Of a stretch of 64,000 bases of DNA, positions 13,301-25,273 are shown piece after piece. The translations under genes were made by a program, and so were the position numbers. The notes under the pieces are model-generated. The model did no database searches. It saw only the letters and a list, made by a program, of their open reading frames with translations, and was not told the DNA's origin. Origin of the DNA: Phoronis australis (lineage: Eukaryota; Animalia; Phoronida); NCBI GenBank assembly GCA_002633005.1, contig NMRA01000019.1, positions 1,357,604-1,421,603 of the forward strand, in the 5' to 3' direction. The number at the start of each line of letters is the position of its first letter. The stretch's first letter is position 1.

Positions 13301-16300
13301 AATACGTGAATACAATATCTCTTTCTCATCAGAACTCAGCTGATCCCAGAGCCTCCTGTTGCCAGTGTTCACGCCTAGTTCATCCTCACTGTCACTGCTG
13401 GATGACCACCAACTCCAGAACCAGCCTTTCTCCTTGCGCTTTCTTGCAGCACGGTCTGGAGCTTCTTTCTCAAACTGCATCGGCAACAATATGACACGTA
13501 CTTCACATTATGCAACACAACAAAGAGGCCAAACCAGTTTAACACAGAAGTGAATGAAATGGTCTTCAAATTAACATACATTAGATACCTTTACCATTTT
13601 CAAAGACATTTTTGGAAAACAAATTCCCTGATAAAGCTTCTGCTAATCTGACCAATTTCTAAATTTCTCATAATTATACCCTTACTAGTAACTGAGACAG
13701 CTGACATAAGAGACCCTTTTTCGGAAAAGAGGTTGAAAGCAATTCCATTTCAGTCAAGTCGACGTAGCTGAAAGTTTCATATGAATACAATCAGCCATTT
13801 TTGAGATATAATGCGTCAAAGTTTGCCAAATTTAGACATTTGTTAGGGTCCCACATAATCTTAACAATAAGTGCTTGAACATCACTAATAAATAAACACA
13901 GAAGCCGACAGTCTCACCTCCAGCTTGGCTTGTTCTTGGGCCAGAATAATGTTAACCACATCAAGGTGTCGTGTCAAGTTTACCAACTGACCATCAAGAG
14001 ACTTGTCATCTGGATATTCCAGCTTCTTTTTATAGATCTGCTTGTATTGCTTGTACCATGCTCTGGGGAGGAGAGACAATGAAAAATGTGAAAAAAAAAT
14101 TAACAGAATGTAACAAAAAAACATTAGCTTGCACATTAAAACATGTAACAAACGTAAGTGATCAAAAATAAGTTTCGATTTCATTTTGTGTATATTACAT
14201 TAGTATAGGAAATCAAAAGACAACTGTGACTACAAATAACAGAATCATAACACCAATCAAGCAGCAAATCTGAAGAAACTACTGTATTACAACAAGCACA
14301 ATATCACATCCACTCCAATTCGTGTGGAGAATTTTTTGCTTACACTGGTGACTGCTCCTAAACCCCAGACAACTTTTAGGGTGCCTATTCAGCACACCCT
14401 TTGTATTGATGTAGATCTGACCTAGTGAAGTGGAAACAAGGTAATTGCTAGCATTACTGTCGAAACAATGATTGTTGTTAGTATCCCTAATTTGGTTTTC
14501 TCTGACATTTGAAGAGTTACAGCCTGCAACTCTGGAGAATAGCTTTAACTTGGTACATTTATAAATATTACAAAACGACTAAAAAGGTTAACGGGTGTTT
14601 ACCTTCACAAAGGGCCACTTCCCAAAGGAACGATAAGTTTCATATTGGTTTTCTTTATTTAATTTTTAATGCTTCTGCCACTCGTTTTCTTTTTCTTACC
14701 GGGAATGGGTTGATAACTTTTTATCTAAGTTTTAAACTTGAAGCACCAAAACAGTGGTAGATTTTGATCGCCAACTTAACTTAATTAGTTAGGTTCATTT
14801 TGGTTCATCCCTAAACTTACCACATTACAGGTACACTTGACATTTCACGCGTCATTAAAGTTTAATCTTTTTAGAACTCAAATCATAAAATATATACATT
14901 AATTTACCAACATACGAGATTAGCACAGCATTAGAACGCCAGAAACAAATTTCTACTTGGAACTTTTCCTTCACAGTCACGAAGTAACACAAAGTATACA
15001 CCTGAAGACCTATGAAAATACAGAGGTCAATGTAAAATACTAAAACTGCCACTAGAGGCAAATACTAAAATTGCCACTAGAGGCANNNNNNNNNNNNNNN
15101 NNNNNNNNNNNNNNNNNNNNNNNNNNNNNNNNNNNNNNNNNNNNNNNNNNNNNNNNNNNNNNNNNNNCGGTAGTCGGATCCGTCCGAAAGTTCGCACATG
15201 CCGTCCCATTCATGAATGGAACATATGTCCCAAATTTCATGAACGTATGTCAAAGGGTTTTGGAGATAGAGCAGCGGACGCCGGACGGACGCCGCCCGGA
15301 CGGACGGACGGACGGACGGACGGACAGAGATGACGGCATAATGCGTCCACATATAAATATGTGGGCGCATAAAAATGAATCCGTGTGATATTCTTAACTC
15401 TGATCAGCATTTGTATATCCACCGAGTATATCAATACACACAGTAGTTTATCTTATTATCGTATCCAATGGTTGTAGTTTTTAGATTATTAGTACTTGGT
15501 TGTTTTTTCCAGTTGAATACCGCCGTGGCATTCGTTTATAACAAAAATTAGTGGTTAATGCATTTTGAAAATTCGCCATTATGTACAGTCAGAGATGTTT
15601 AATACAGTTTATTGGGTCTCGCTCGCATTGGGCAAAATGCGGTCATCACAATTGTACCCGATTCCGGCACTATGCTCTCTTTGATCCTGGTACAAGCCGC
15701 TCAGACGGACGAGCAGTGAAAATTCCCACATATCTTTAGAAATGTGTGACTTCCTTGTAAGCGTATCATTCACGGTATGTTTCCGAATTTAATGCCGATT
15801 TAGTTTGTAAACAGTTCACCAAACATTAGTTTGAAGGTCAGAACCAATTATTGATATCCAAAATAACACTGCTCATAACTAATGACTTATTGAAACAAAA
15901 GCTATCTGCGTTGTGACAAACAGTCAATGCTTTCTCAAATATCAAAAGAGGTCACCATACCTCAGTGTGTCCTAATCACCTTCCTTGCTATTTTCTCAAG
16001 CTCGCAGCACACTGTTCATATAATGACCAGTAAGGTTCTACAGCACTTTGCTCAATATTGTTCTAAACTCGATACAGTAAAATCTTAATCATCTAGGACA
16101 CAACATGGTGGACAGGTGAAATTTTATTTTCTTGTATTTTCATCAATGATAAGCAGTACCAAAATGACACTTTGTCATATCCAAGTTCTGTACCACAGCT
16201 GTCAAAAGGCAATATCTTAAAAACACGGTGCGTTGCAATGGTTATCAGCAGCATTTGAAAAATTAAAAAAGACCATTTTGGCAATTAATTTTGTCCAAAA

Positions 16301-19300
16301 TTAATGAGATTTTACCGTAAGTATCAAAACAGAAAATAGTCGTTATTGAAATGAAAGCAAAACATTAGACATCACCTGTGTTGTTTAATCCTTTCCCATG
16401 AGTATGGTCGAATGTATTCCTCCAAGATGGACGTGTATGCATATTTCCACCATTGGGAGGCATTGCCCTTCACCGACACAGTAGGGGCATATTTACGAAA
16501 CTGCTCATTGATTGCCATGAACTGTAGAGAGTCCACTAAGCTGATGACATTCAAAAACTGAAAAATAACCAAAAAGTAAAAAGTCAAATAAATTCTTAAC
16601 AATTCAAGGTCCCTGCTTTAAGCTGAATTTCCTATGATTTAATGTTTCTACTACAAGGGATCTCCAAGCCCAGTTGCAATGTGCCCAGAGCTGATCAAAA
16701 GTAAGCCAAGGGTGCATATTTGGGGGGAAATGTGCATGGCTAACACTAAAAAATTATTTTCTACTTCACAGGAAGGTGGACACTGAAACAGCAGCAATCT
16801 GAAATGAAATGGACATCAAAACAGCAGCCATTTCACATTTTGAGCCTGGACGAAGTAACTAATCTGCATAATGGCTTAGAATCTTGCAGAGAGTTGTCAA
16901 TCATGGGTGTCATTTACTCAAAATAGGCCTTTTGAAAATGACAACCAAGGTCTGTGCTGTTCTTTGTAAACCCTCCTCTTAGTCGTGCAACTGTCCCAGA
17001 GAGACTGTGTAACTAGAGACAGCTTAACAAAGGGTTTATGGTCCTGGGTGAGAAGATAATTGTTTTATTATCCCCTATAGATAGCTGAATAGCCAAGCCC
17101 GGAATGACAGGAAATGTGAACTAAAACGCAGCCAACTAGTCTTTAAACTATCACAAAAACATTTGCTGATAAGATATATCTTTGACTAATGAGAATGTGA
17201 CCTTATTGTCCTCTTTGAGCGCCACCTACAATACTGATACACCCAAATACATCTTCCAAAATCTCAGACAGACCTTAACTTGGAAATTTGTCTCCTTCTC
17301 ACACTTACCAAACAATATGCACCCCCCCCCCAATTGAGTTTATCCAGGTGATGAATCGCTGCTTTTTTGTGCCACTCACTAACCTCACAACAAATTCCCT
17401 TCTCTCTTTCACTTTCATTACGAAAAGCTTGAAGGAAATATTGCAAATTGCTTTCTTGAACTCCTACCAGTTTTCATTTGTGAACCTAAAAGAATAAACC
17501 TACTAGAATGTTTCTTGCTCTACTTCCTTTGACGCCACCTGTGAGATTGTCACCTGGACATGCAGCTGACTGGGCATGTCATATGGACAGAGATTTAGAT
17601 TGAACTTATGAAACGCAGACTGGACTCATGAAATGCATATCTTATCAGCACTGACCCCAAGATTTATACTAAAACTCAAAGTGGGACAGCAACTACTTTT
17701 ACCTGTTGCCGTGACAACAGCAAATCTATGTCATCCAGCGCCATATTCACTCGGAGTTTTGGTGAAGAGAAATCACCACTCTTGTTCAACACCAGGGTGC
17801 ATTGTGCCGAAACTGGCCTCAGAACTGAAGAAAGATCAAAAACTCATCTTTGGCATTTTGCAATGAAATTAATAATAGGATACCGTAAATCCAAGAAATG
17901 GCACCGAAGTCAGAGAATTGTGGGTAATGTAGAGGACTTGCTGGTCATTTTGTGGAATTACTATTGGCTTGTACTGCACTTTGACAGTTTCATAATTATG
18001 AAATATTAAAAAGTATTTTGATGAAACTCTCATGACAGTATTTTGAATTTTTGGCTTGTAATACAAAAGTTCAATGATACAATTCCAGTTGTCCAAGAAT
18101 TTCTTCAGTAATGTCTGGTTTGTCAAGTGCCTACTCTACATTTTTACAACTTGAATATTGGATTATAACTAATATTTTACTTAAACCAATGACAATCACA
18201 CAGATAATGCTGATAACAAGTAAATTTTACATCTCAATAGTGACAAGTTATAATTTCTTACGTAAGTTAAATAGTATTACTTAACTTGCAGTAAGACAAA
18301 GGTGCAAGAAAACCATCAGAACTTACTGTAGTTGAAATGTTCCTCTAATATGACTTTTGTTGTCAGTGACTGCTTCAGCAAATTCTAAAAATTGTCGACA
18401 TCACCAAGTTACAAAATAAACACAATGATCACAATGACAACAGTGATGAATGATTTTAAAAACACTAATAATTAATTATAACAATAATAACCAGTTACAG
18501 TGTAAACAAAATAGACTAGATCAAGAAAATTCCACTTCACAGTAGCACTATTTGAACAGATGGTTTTAAACGTTTTGATAATTTGTAGCAATGTAAATAA
18601 CTTAAATTTGCAAATGTAAATCAACAATTAGGCAATTATTTTGAGTGATGTAATAAGTGAAGAATTATTAAATGAACAGCAACATAAATTAAGTGATGTG
18701 AAGCAATTGCATATTAATAGTTCCATTGTATTACATGTAATTGCCATCATGCCCGAGATTGGATCCCAAATTCAACAAATAAGTACAAAGTGGTACATTT
18801 CCAACTTCATCCAAATTTGCTTAATATACAATTCACGTACTACCAAAGCCACAAAAACAATCCTCGTAGCAAGCAATACTTGTGAAAAGAAAAATATCAA
18901 AATCACAACAAGACTACATAGTTACCCTCCATGCCTCTGTGTGTATTTTATTCTTTATCAGACTGGATTCCTGTTGGTATGGGTTCCAATAAATGGAGAG
19001 TGTGTTTAACTTTACGATCTGTTGAGAGAGTTGGAGAACAGTGACATTACTTGATGCTTAAAGCAATAACAACAAGTGCTGCAAAGAAATTTTAAACTCT
19101 AAACGAAAAAGCATAACACATAATTAGTGAATCAATTCACTTGCCAAGCAAGAGACCCTAGGAAGCTCATTTTGGATGCAAAGTCACTTCCGGTAAAGTG
19201 AACGTTTCTGAATTAACCCCCAGGTGGCTCTGCTTTACATTTTATCAAGCTGCTTACTGAAGCTACTTCATACATTAGTTTACACACCTTATAAACCATT

Positions 19301-22300
19301 GACTCCTCATTCTTAGCTTGGGTTGATCTCCACTTTGAATCTGTAGTGAAGGCTGATAAGTCTGTCAAGGTTATTCCAAATGCAAAGGGATGATTAGGAT
19401 TAGTGACTGTGTCCTCATAACGTATGTGGATGTTCCTTATCTCAACCTGGTTAAGACAAAATGATATTGCTGACTAGAATCAATGTACCTACTTTATTTA
19501 CTTTATGAAATGTAATATTTAAAAAATGATAGACCTTATCTGTGTAACATTATGTAGGACCTTATCAAGTCTGTATTTAACCAAATATCTGCAAACTATA
19601 CATTTTACTTGATTTTGGACTTAACACCAATCTGCCGTCAGTTAGGTGACGTGAACAAGACTTTAAATAAAATTTAGTAAAAAGTACACTCATAGCAAGT
19701 ATCAATAAAATAACCACATTTTTTATATAAATGTCAAAAATGATATAGCAATTTTTGAAATTCTTACTTTTAATTGTTTTCATTTTCTGAGACATTTAAG
19801 TTTCTTCATAAAGGTTGTAAAAGTTCTATTTCTGATAGCCACTGATGCAAAAGTGAAAGCTTATAAAAACAAAATTCATCATTTTGCAGAACACTGCAAA
19901 AAGCATATCCACCATTTGGAAATATGATGTTCCGAAGCTAGCTAAATTTGAACACTTTTCTTGGGTTCTACACAACCATAAGACAGTGCTTTCCCTCAAG
20001 ACCCCCCAGAAATTATAAAAAACTACAAATACATGAAGATGTACAAATACATGACTGTAGAAACGTACACAACAACTGCGTGCGTATAACAGGGAGTATT
20101 ACTATGACATGATGTCACGGCATTTTCACAGTCATCTCTAATAAAAAGACGTTTGCCTTTGAAGATTTCCAGTTTTAACGGCAATTTTTCACCCATTTAG
20201 CATGCAACGCGATGGAGAGGTGCAATTTTGTTTAGCAAAATTTCTCAAAAAAAATAAAAACTTATACTTTTTCACACCTTTCTGCATGTTTTCGAACCAT
20301 TTCTCTCCTCAGACAGTGACGATCAAAGATTAAAAAATATCAATGTTGGACAGCTGGTGCATGGCTTCTTGTTAATCTGAACAACATTACACCCACAGTG
20401 AATAGGAATGGGGCAATCTGCACAGCCAGTCTTTTGTTTGGGTCAACTGTGCGATTATCTTTTAGTCATTGCAGGACTATTGTCTGATGTTATGCCTTGC
20501 TAGAGCTTGTAAATTGTTCAGGATTACATAAATACACAATCCATATCCTGATGGCGGCATAATGAGAAAAAGTAATAGTTCTGTAATGTCAGACATGTTA
20601 AGTGAGCAGTGATGACAAATGCATAGGATCACATCAAATTAAAAATTCCCATTTTTTTTTGATAACACATCGCGACTTACAGGAATGTTTAAATTTACCT
20701 GAATGTTCTTCACTATGGCCATTGCCAACTTTTCAAAGAATGTTGGGTCATCATCTTCTGTAGAAAGAACACAAACAACACACAACTTGAGCAGCCAAGT
20801 ATCTTAAAGTAGTCAAAACACAAGCCTGGGGAGCTTTGCTTTTAGGACATAACCACAGTATGCTGCCTATTGTACTGCCACCTGTAGTAACATTTTGTCC
20901 AACAGGGATTGGCTTGGGTTGGAATACACCGTATTCACGCAGTCGCCATTTTAAAGCTGAGCCTCTTTTTAGGTTTTAAAAACAATACATTTTGCACTTA
21001 AATACAGCGCAAAGCATGATTTTTTGCGTGCCTCATTACATTCATGTCTCAAATGCATTGTTTTTTTTTAAACCTAAAAGGCTCACTACTAACATGGCGA
21101 TTGCGAGAATAAGGCCTACACAGTTGTTTCCATCAGCTGTTGATTCATGTCATTCACTTACTAGCCAGAACACGTTAGTATGTGAGCAAACCAAAAGATA
21201 AACCGCATTCCTGAAAACGCGCACCAACTACCTTGAGTGACGCTCTCTTTTGCTCCCTGTATAGCGTCCAATTTCGCCAACTTCCTGGCCAATTGTAGCT
21301 GTTCCTCTATCTGCGGGTCGTACTCACGGTCACTGACAGGTCCAGCCAACATGAACACATCTTCTACGACAACCTTGACCGGTTTACCAAACAAATCAGT
21401 CAGTGGCAGGTCAAGTTTGATTTTACCTGCGGTGAAATATTGAAAGACAAATTGAAATTACTGGGATTCAAACTTTAAGTAAAGGAGCAAAAGAAACAGT
21501 TTAAGGTCATATTTTTGGAAATTTCCGAAAAGGGTCACATAACTGGTTTCTCTGTTTCAGAGTCTCAAGTTTTAGGTAAAGGGCAAGAAAAAGTTTTGAA
21601 ATTTTACAAGGCTGCACTCAGCGCCAACCAAAAACAGTTCGTGGTCTTGTTTTTAGAAATTTCCTCGAGTTGCTTATACTACCAGTTTTTCTGGTTCAGA
21701 GGTATTTGTTCAGTTCTGTGTACAGGTTTAGCAAATACAGTGTAAGACTGGTTATATAATATAAACTCATTGTATCATTTACCATCATAAAATATGAGGC
21801 CATTTGGCAAATAATTCAATAATTACTGACCAGCTAAAATACTGTTAAGTTCTCTTCCACCACTACCCAACTAAGGGGGGTTTGCCATTGAAAATGGAAC
21901 CATAGAAATTTTTTCAAACTCAACTAATCATCACTCTCACTAACTGCTGATCATTTTACGTTCATGAATACAACATTGATAAAACTGAAAAAAAGTTTCA
22001 GTGTATTTCATTCACACTTAAGACTCGGACATGTGGCCTGCTTAGTGTTGACACTAACAATATGCTTCTGTAAGCACTAAGCAAAACCAGCTGACTTTAT
22101 AACACTTCTCGCAGCTCCTATCTGATGTGGCCAATGATTGATAAAACATAATGAATGGACACTTACAGTTTTGGACATCAGGTTCAAACCACAGTTTTTA
22201 TCATTTATAAGTTCTATTCACTCTTTGTTTTGGAAAACACAGTATCAAGCATAGTAGGCCCTATCTGAAAGTTTCATCTGAATCCAAGTTTCTAGGGTCC

Positions 22301-25273
22301 TTCACAACATAAAGTTGCAATGTAAGTTCTTACCGACATAACCCGCCTTCACCTCAACAGGCAGGTCTAGCTCAGCCTGCAAGAACAGAAGACACATGGT
22401 AAATGTTCCTCACTATAGTCACCTCCACACTCAGACTTACCCTAGGACAACTTGCACTAGATAAGTGTAATTTACCCCACTTCATTTGAGCACCCCCACA
22501 CACACACGTAGCCGATAACCAAGGTAAGGCAGAAGTTGTTGCTCTGTGCATGACAGTGAACAGCTAATGAGAATACAGCGTGCAAAAAACCCGTGTGGAT
22601 GTAAACCGCAGCTCATAATGACTTTCACCTTGCTCAAGGTTTGTGGCCACACAGTGACTAGAAGTGAGACAAGTTACCCAACCTTGATAAGGTGGAGTAA
22701 GTTGTCACAAGTGGGACAAGTCATACTAGTTTGAATAGTGTCCAAACAGCCCTTCAAACCTAGCAACAACTCATTCCAGGAGTAAGTCTGTGAGTGGACG
22801 GCACTTTTAGGACATGATATGGCCACCAAAACTTCTTAACGAAACTGATGAGACATTAACCAGACTGTATGACCAGCATAGTTCATACTGAATATCTATT
22901 ACAAAACAAAACTTCGGAAAAATTCTGAACATTTTAAAATGTAATCAGCCATTGAAAAATAAAGCAAACACGATTTTGTGCAAAACTAAAAGTTTACCGC
23001 AATCAAACAGTATAGAATCTATCACACCAGTAATAAGGACAGCATCTGTCAAATCTGTTGCAAAAACAAAACATAATGCTCCGATTAACTTGATATCAAA
23101 CACAAATACAGTATTCAAAAAAGTATAATTATTTTAGATAAAACCACAAATACTACAACGATTTCAGTAAACAATTAAGAGACTGCAACTTACCAAAGCT
23201 TCAGGTTTTAACTTTAAATCCAACAGCTCTAGTTCCCCTAAAACAGAAAAAGTGAACTTTCATCTCAAGAAGCTTAAAAGTAGGTCAGGGCACAGGTGAT
23301 GGTGCTGTACAAACAAAAAATACTCGGTGTCAACATCAATACGTTGAAAATTGAAAGTGTGTGATTATATATTTTAAGGCTTCATCTTTCAATGAGGTGA
23401 AAAAAAGCTGCTTTCAGTCAAACCGAAGCTCACAGTCAGTATGAATCAACACAGAAACTCCTGCCGACCCAGTGGATAAATTTAATTTCACCACCACATC
23501 AAAATATATAGTCAAGTTCCCCTGGGTTAAAAGACAAAAAGTATCTCAACTTAACTTTATACCCCGACTTTCTGTATTTGTATCAAAAAAGAACTGGCAA
23601 TGTCAGTAATGGTATAGGTAACGTGCCGATTTTCAGATACTGTTACCTAACCCTCCTTAAAACTGAACTAGTTTTCTTAATACCATTAAAAATTAATGTC
23701 ATGGTAAGCCACCACCCTCAGAATTACAGAAAATTACCACACATACCACCAGTTATGTATCCAGTCCCTAGATGTGCGATGGGCTTCATAATGCACTGGG
23801 AATCAATCAACCAACCTTCATCTAAAGCACATCATAACATGCTAAGTCATTACAGACAAGCCCCTATTATGTATCCACCACCTTGTAACCCCAAACCCAG
23901 AGCTGGATAGGTTACAAGCACCGTCTCATCATCTGGGATGTACAATAAATAACTTCGAATACGTGTTGTTGAAACTTCGCAACCGTACGTAAAACTTGTC
24001 GCATTTTTTCACTATTTTTGAGAATTTTTATCCTAGCTTGTTGTGTATTGATGAGACACCAAATTGAAAACTGCTGGTTGACAAAACAAATGAAGAAGTA
24101 CAATGCACCCTGATACCCATTATTAAGAGTATGAAGCTGTATGTATGTGAGGGCCCCTATGGAAAGCAGTGTGAACTGATGCGGCTATCCTCATTGTAAA
24201 TATTAAATAAATAAATGAACATTAATAAACGTTACTCCTTGATTCAATGATGGTAAAATTCTCCAACTCAAGACAGTCTCTAGAATTTGGAACACGGAAA
24301 CTCACAAAAATTGAATTATTTTTATTCTGGAATTTGGGACAAGGGCAATTTTGGCATTCATTGTATTTCTCAAATTTGGAACAAGTTATCAAACTACAGA
24401 GTGACTGTGTAATTTTGCTGCATTTCCAGTGATTATTGAATTTGAAATGGCTGATACTGCCTATTTCTAGAATTTGGGGCAAGCTCCAACCATGAGCAAA
24501 ATTATCAATTTTTCACAGTCCCAAATTGGAGAAGTTTTATTGCAAGGTTTTTAAACATCTGTGGTTACGTCTCCATAAAGTTACAGCTCGAGTTTCATGA
24601 AATTTGATTTGTTGCTCCAACAAACTATTATTGCAAAAATATTTATGTTTCTACACAATGAAACTGTTGAAATTAAGACCGTTGAGAACATTTTTGGTAC
24701 ACCTGATAAAAGTATTTGACAAAATTCGATAAATAGCAAAATTATGAAACGTTAAGAACGACTGTTTGGGTAGTGTCTGGCATCGTATTTTGTAAAATCT
24801 GACAGCAAAAGAACACAGTTAATTAGCAAATAAAATAATTAAATCACTTGTTTGTGCTTTATATTTCATGTTCATACTGACAAAAATATCAATTTACTGG
24901 TGCTCACCAATATTAACAAAAGCATGGACACATTCATATGTTATTGTTAACAGTGACCAATGCTTGACAGATATGTGTAGAATTTTGTCCACGAATCTTT
25001 AAGTGAGAATGCACTGAGGAACTGAATGACAAAATCAGCAATTCTGACTGACCAGTTATGGCCTGCCTCCTACAATGCCGATTAAATTGCTTAACACCTG
25101 AAAGCTAGTCTTGATCTAAGTATAAGGTGCGCCATCCATCAGGTAAGACCCCGGATGCTGTTAAGACAGTACCTACCACTGAGCAGACCCAGACTAAGGT
25201 TGTCAGCATCAAGTCCCTGGATGTACTTGCCAAGGTACTTGTTCAACAAACTGCTCACAATTCCTTCGAACAT
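1241..25273 (-). CDS. VPS13: VPS13A/C-like (chorein family) lipid transfer protein, N-terminal part; 19 coding exons, gene continues past the left edge
   Basis: Manual splice of exons 25177-25273, 23194-23237, 22334-22376, 21232-21426, 20699-20757, 19288-19446, 18926-19018, 18327-18384, 17703-17824, 16376-16557, 13918-14062, 13259-13474, 12480-12616, 6245-6336, 5495-5610, 3408-3548, 2819-2965, 1903-1990, 1241-1358. Total 2252 nt, all GT-AG, phases consistent, no stops. Chorein_N motifs: MFEGIVSSLLNKYLGKYI, KNIQVEIRNIHIRYED, HPFAFGITL, LSIYWNP, WWKYA, GWFWSWW, SPYVVVP, VVDFGHL. Confidence 0.95.
1903..1990 (-). CDS. VPS13: VPS13 coding exon 18
   Basis: DLTRSEIEARLYDKFVIDVTDVKVLLADS(G); 88 nt. 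Confidence 0.92.
2351..2424 (-). mobile_element. tRNA-derived SINE head or tRNA pseudogene
   Basis: Minus strand has an A-box-like TAGCTCAGTGGTAAGAGC and a B-box GGTTCGATTCC; acceptor and T stems pair poorly. Confidence 0.6.
2819..2965 (-). CDS. VPS13: VPS13 coding exon 17
   Basis: TIDLSVDLMSPYVVVPEHGTLQRGGNVVVVDFGHLKVRSELQPKIDSLE; 147 nt. Confidence 0.93.
3408..3548 (-). CDS. VPS13: VPS13 coding exon 16
   Basis: HAVSQVISFFHIPNLNMDEVKAAASYAWERVSKYSLAGLQYAVQTHK; 141 nt. Confidence 0.92.
4054..5335 (+). mobile_element. Internally deleted Ty3/Gypsy LTR retrotransposon (Gmr1-like) in a VPS13 intron
   Basis: TGTCATG...CGTAACA ends with a GTGG TSD (4050-4053, 5336-5339). Truncated 5' LTR (4054-~4209) matches the start of the 3' LTR (4951-5335). 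Purine tract TGGTGGGAAG at 4941-4950. Frameshifted RT/RNase H between them: VTYLGHVIG, FLGMIGHYRKF, PVAYFSKKF, NYSTIEKELLA, VYTDH, NVIADCLTR. Confidence 0.9.
5495..5610 (-). CDS. VPS13: VPS13 coding exon 15
   Basis: (A)PDQDSALLRMTFDVNPVHVEADFALDLGVQRVEIVYDE; 116 nt. Confidence 0.92.
6245..6336 (-). CDS. VPS13: VPS13 coding exon 14
   Basis: VTGKAHSLSIEGASADHEMVSIITSDIGSY; 92 nt; phase 2 to 1 as required; pyrimidine-poor acceptor. Confidence 0.85.
8224..8287 (+). repeat. 32-bp tandem duplication
   Basis: AAGAAATGATGCCYAATGCYCCTCCCATACAG x2. Confidence 0.85.
12480..12616 (-). CDS. VPS13: VPS13 coding exon 13
   Basis: YVEHAVQLELSEVSLTLSNFSENVLRASVASLQSTFENRPGSDGF(R); 137 nt; ends in phase 2. 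Confidence 0.9.
13259..13474 (-). CDS. VPS13: VPS13 coding exon 12
   Basis: FEKEAPDRAARKRKEKGWFWSWW...EKEILYSRIGY...RPPA; 216 nt; GTGAGT donor. Confidence 0.93.
13918..14062 (-). CDS. VPS13: VPS13 coding exon 11
   Basis: AWYKQYKQIYKKKLEY...LDVVNIILAQEQAKLE; 145 nt. Confidence 0.93.
14317..14930 (+). repeat. Old dispersed repeat, copy A (about 600 bp)
   Basis: Colinear diverged match to the reverse complement of ~36225-36860 (e.g. TGCCTATTCAGCA, GAGTTACAGCCTGCAA, TTAACTTGGTAC, TAGATTTTGATCG). Confidence 0.75.
15036..15375 (+). mobile_element. Non-autonomous Helentron-associated (HINE/DINE-1-like) element, 3' part; spans a gap
   Basis: 25-bp tandem units containing GCCACTAGAGGCA, a (GGAC)n microsatellite, a 14-bp stem hairpin at 15341-15370, then AAAAA. 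Confidence 0.65.
15086..15167. other. Assembly gap (82 N) inside a repeat
   Basis: Run of N. Confidence 1.
16376..16557 (-). CDS. VPS13: VPS13 coding exon 10
   Basis: FLNVISLVDSLQFMAINEQFRKYAP...WWKYAYTSILEEYIRPYSWERIKQH(R); 182 nt. Confidence 0.94.
17703..17824 (-). CDS. VPS13: VPS13 coding exon 9
   Basis: LRPVSAQCTLVLNKSGDFSSPKLRVNMALDDIDLLLSRQQ; 122 nt. Confidence 0.92.
18327..18384 (-). CDS. VPS13: VPS13 coding exon 8
   Basis: NLLKQSLTTKVILEEHFNY(I); 58 nt; supplies the required phase 0 to phase 1 bridge; GTAAGT donor. Confidence 0.85.
18926..19018 (-). CDS. VPS13: VPS13 coding exon 7
   Basis: IVKLNTLSIYWNPYQQESSLIKNKIHTEAWR; 93 nt. Confidence 0.9.
19288..19446 (-). CDS. VPS13: VPS13 coding exon 6
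   Basis: VEIRNIHIRYEDTVTNPNHPFAFGITLTDLSAFTTDSKW...MVYK; 159 nt. Confidence 0.94.
20699..20757 (-). CDS. VPS13: VPS13 coding exon 5
   Basis: (E)DDDPTFFEKLAMAIVKNIQ; 59 nt. Confidence 0.92.
20927..21116. mobile_element. Fold-back MITE with long imperfect TIRs, TA-flanked
   Basis: CCGTATTCACGCAGTCGCCATTTT...TTTAGGTTTTAAAAACAATACATTT pairs with the reverse complement of 21051-21114 over about 65 bp. Confidence 0.7.
21232..21426 (-). CDS. VPS13: VPS13 coding exon 4
   Basis: KIKLDLPLTDLFGKPVKVVVEDVFMLAGPVSDREYDP...AKESVTQ; 195 nt; overlaps ORF 21161..21394. Confidence 0.9.
22334..22376 (-). CDS. VPS13: VPS13 coding exon 3
   Basis: AELDLPVEVKAGYV(G); 43 nt; ttgcag / GTAAGA. Confidence 0.93.
23194..23237 (-). 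CDS. VPS13: VPS13 coding exon 2
   Basis: (G)ELELLDLKLKPEAL; ttttag acceptor, GTAAGT donor; 44 nt. Confidence 0.93.
24151..24216 (+). mobile_element. Extreme 3' end of a LINE/SINE with (TAAA)n tail, copy 1
   Basis: GGGCCCCTATGGAAAGCAGTGTGAACTGATGCGGCTATCCTCATTGTAAATATT(AAAT)n; closely similar to 62388-62463. Confidence 0.6.
25177..25273 (-). CDS. VPS13: VPS13 coding exon 1 (start codon; exon acceptor at 25301)
   Basis: MFEGIVSSLLNKYLGKYIQGLDADNLSLGLLS(G); donor G|GTAGGT; 97 nt. Confidence 0.93.

Noticed and set aside
15027-15434. Cluster of ORFs on both strands
   Set aside because: Produced by an N-gap plus the (GGAC)n microsatellite of a HINE-like repeat.
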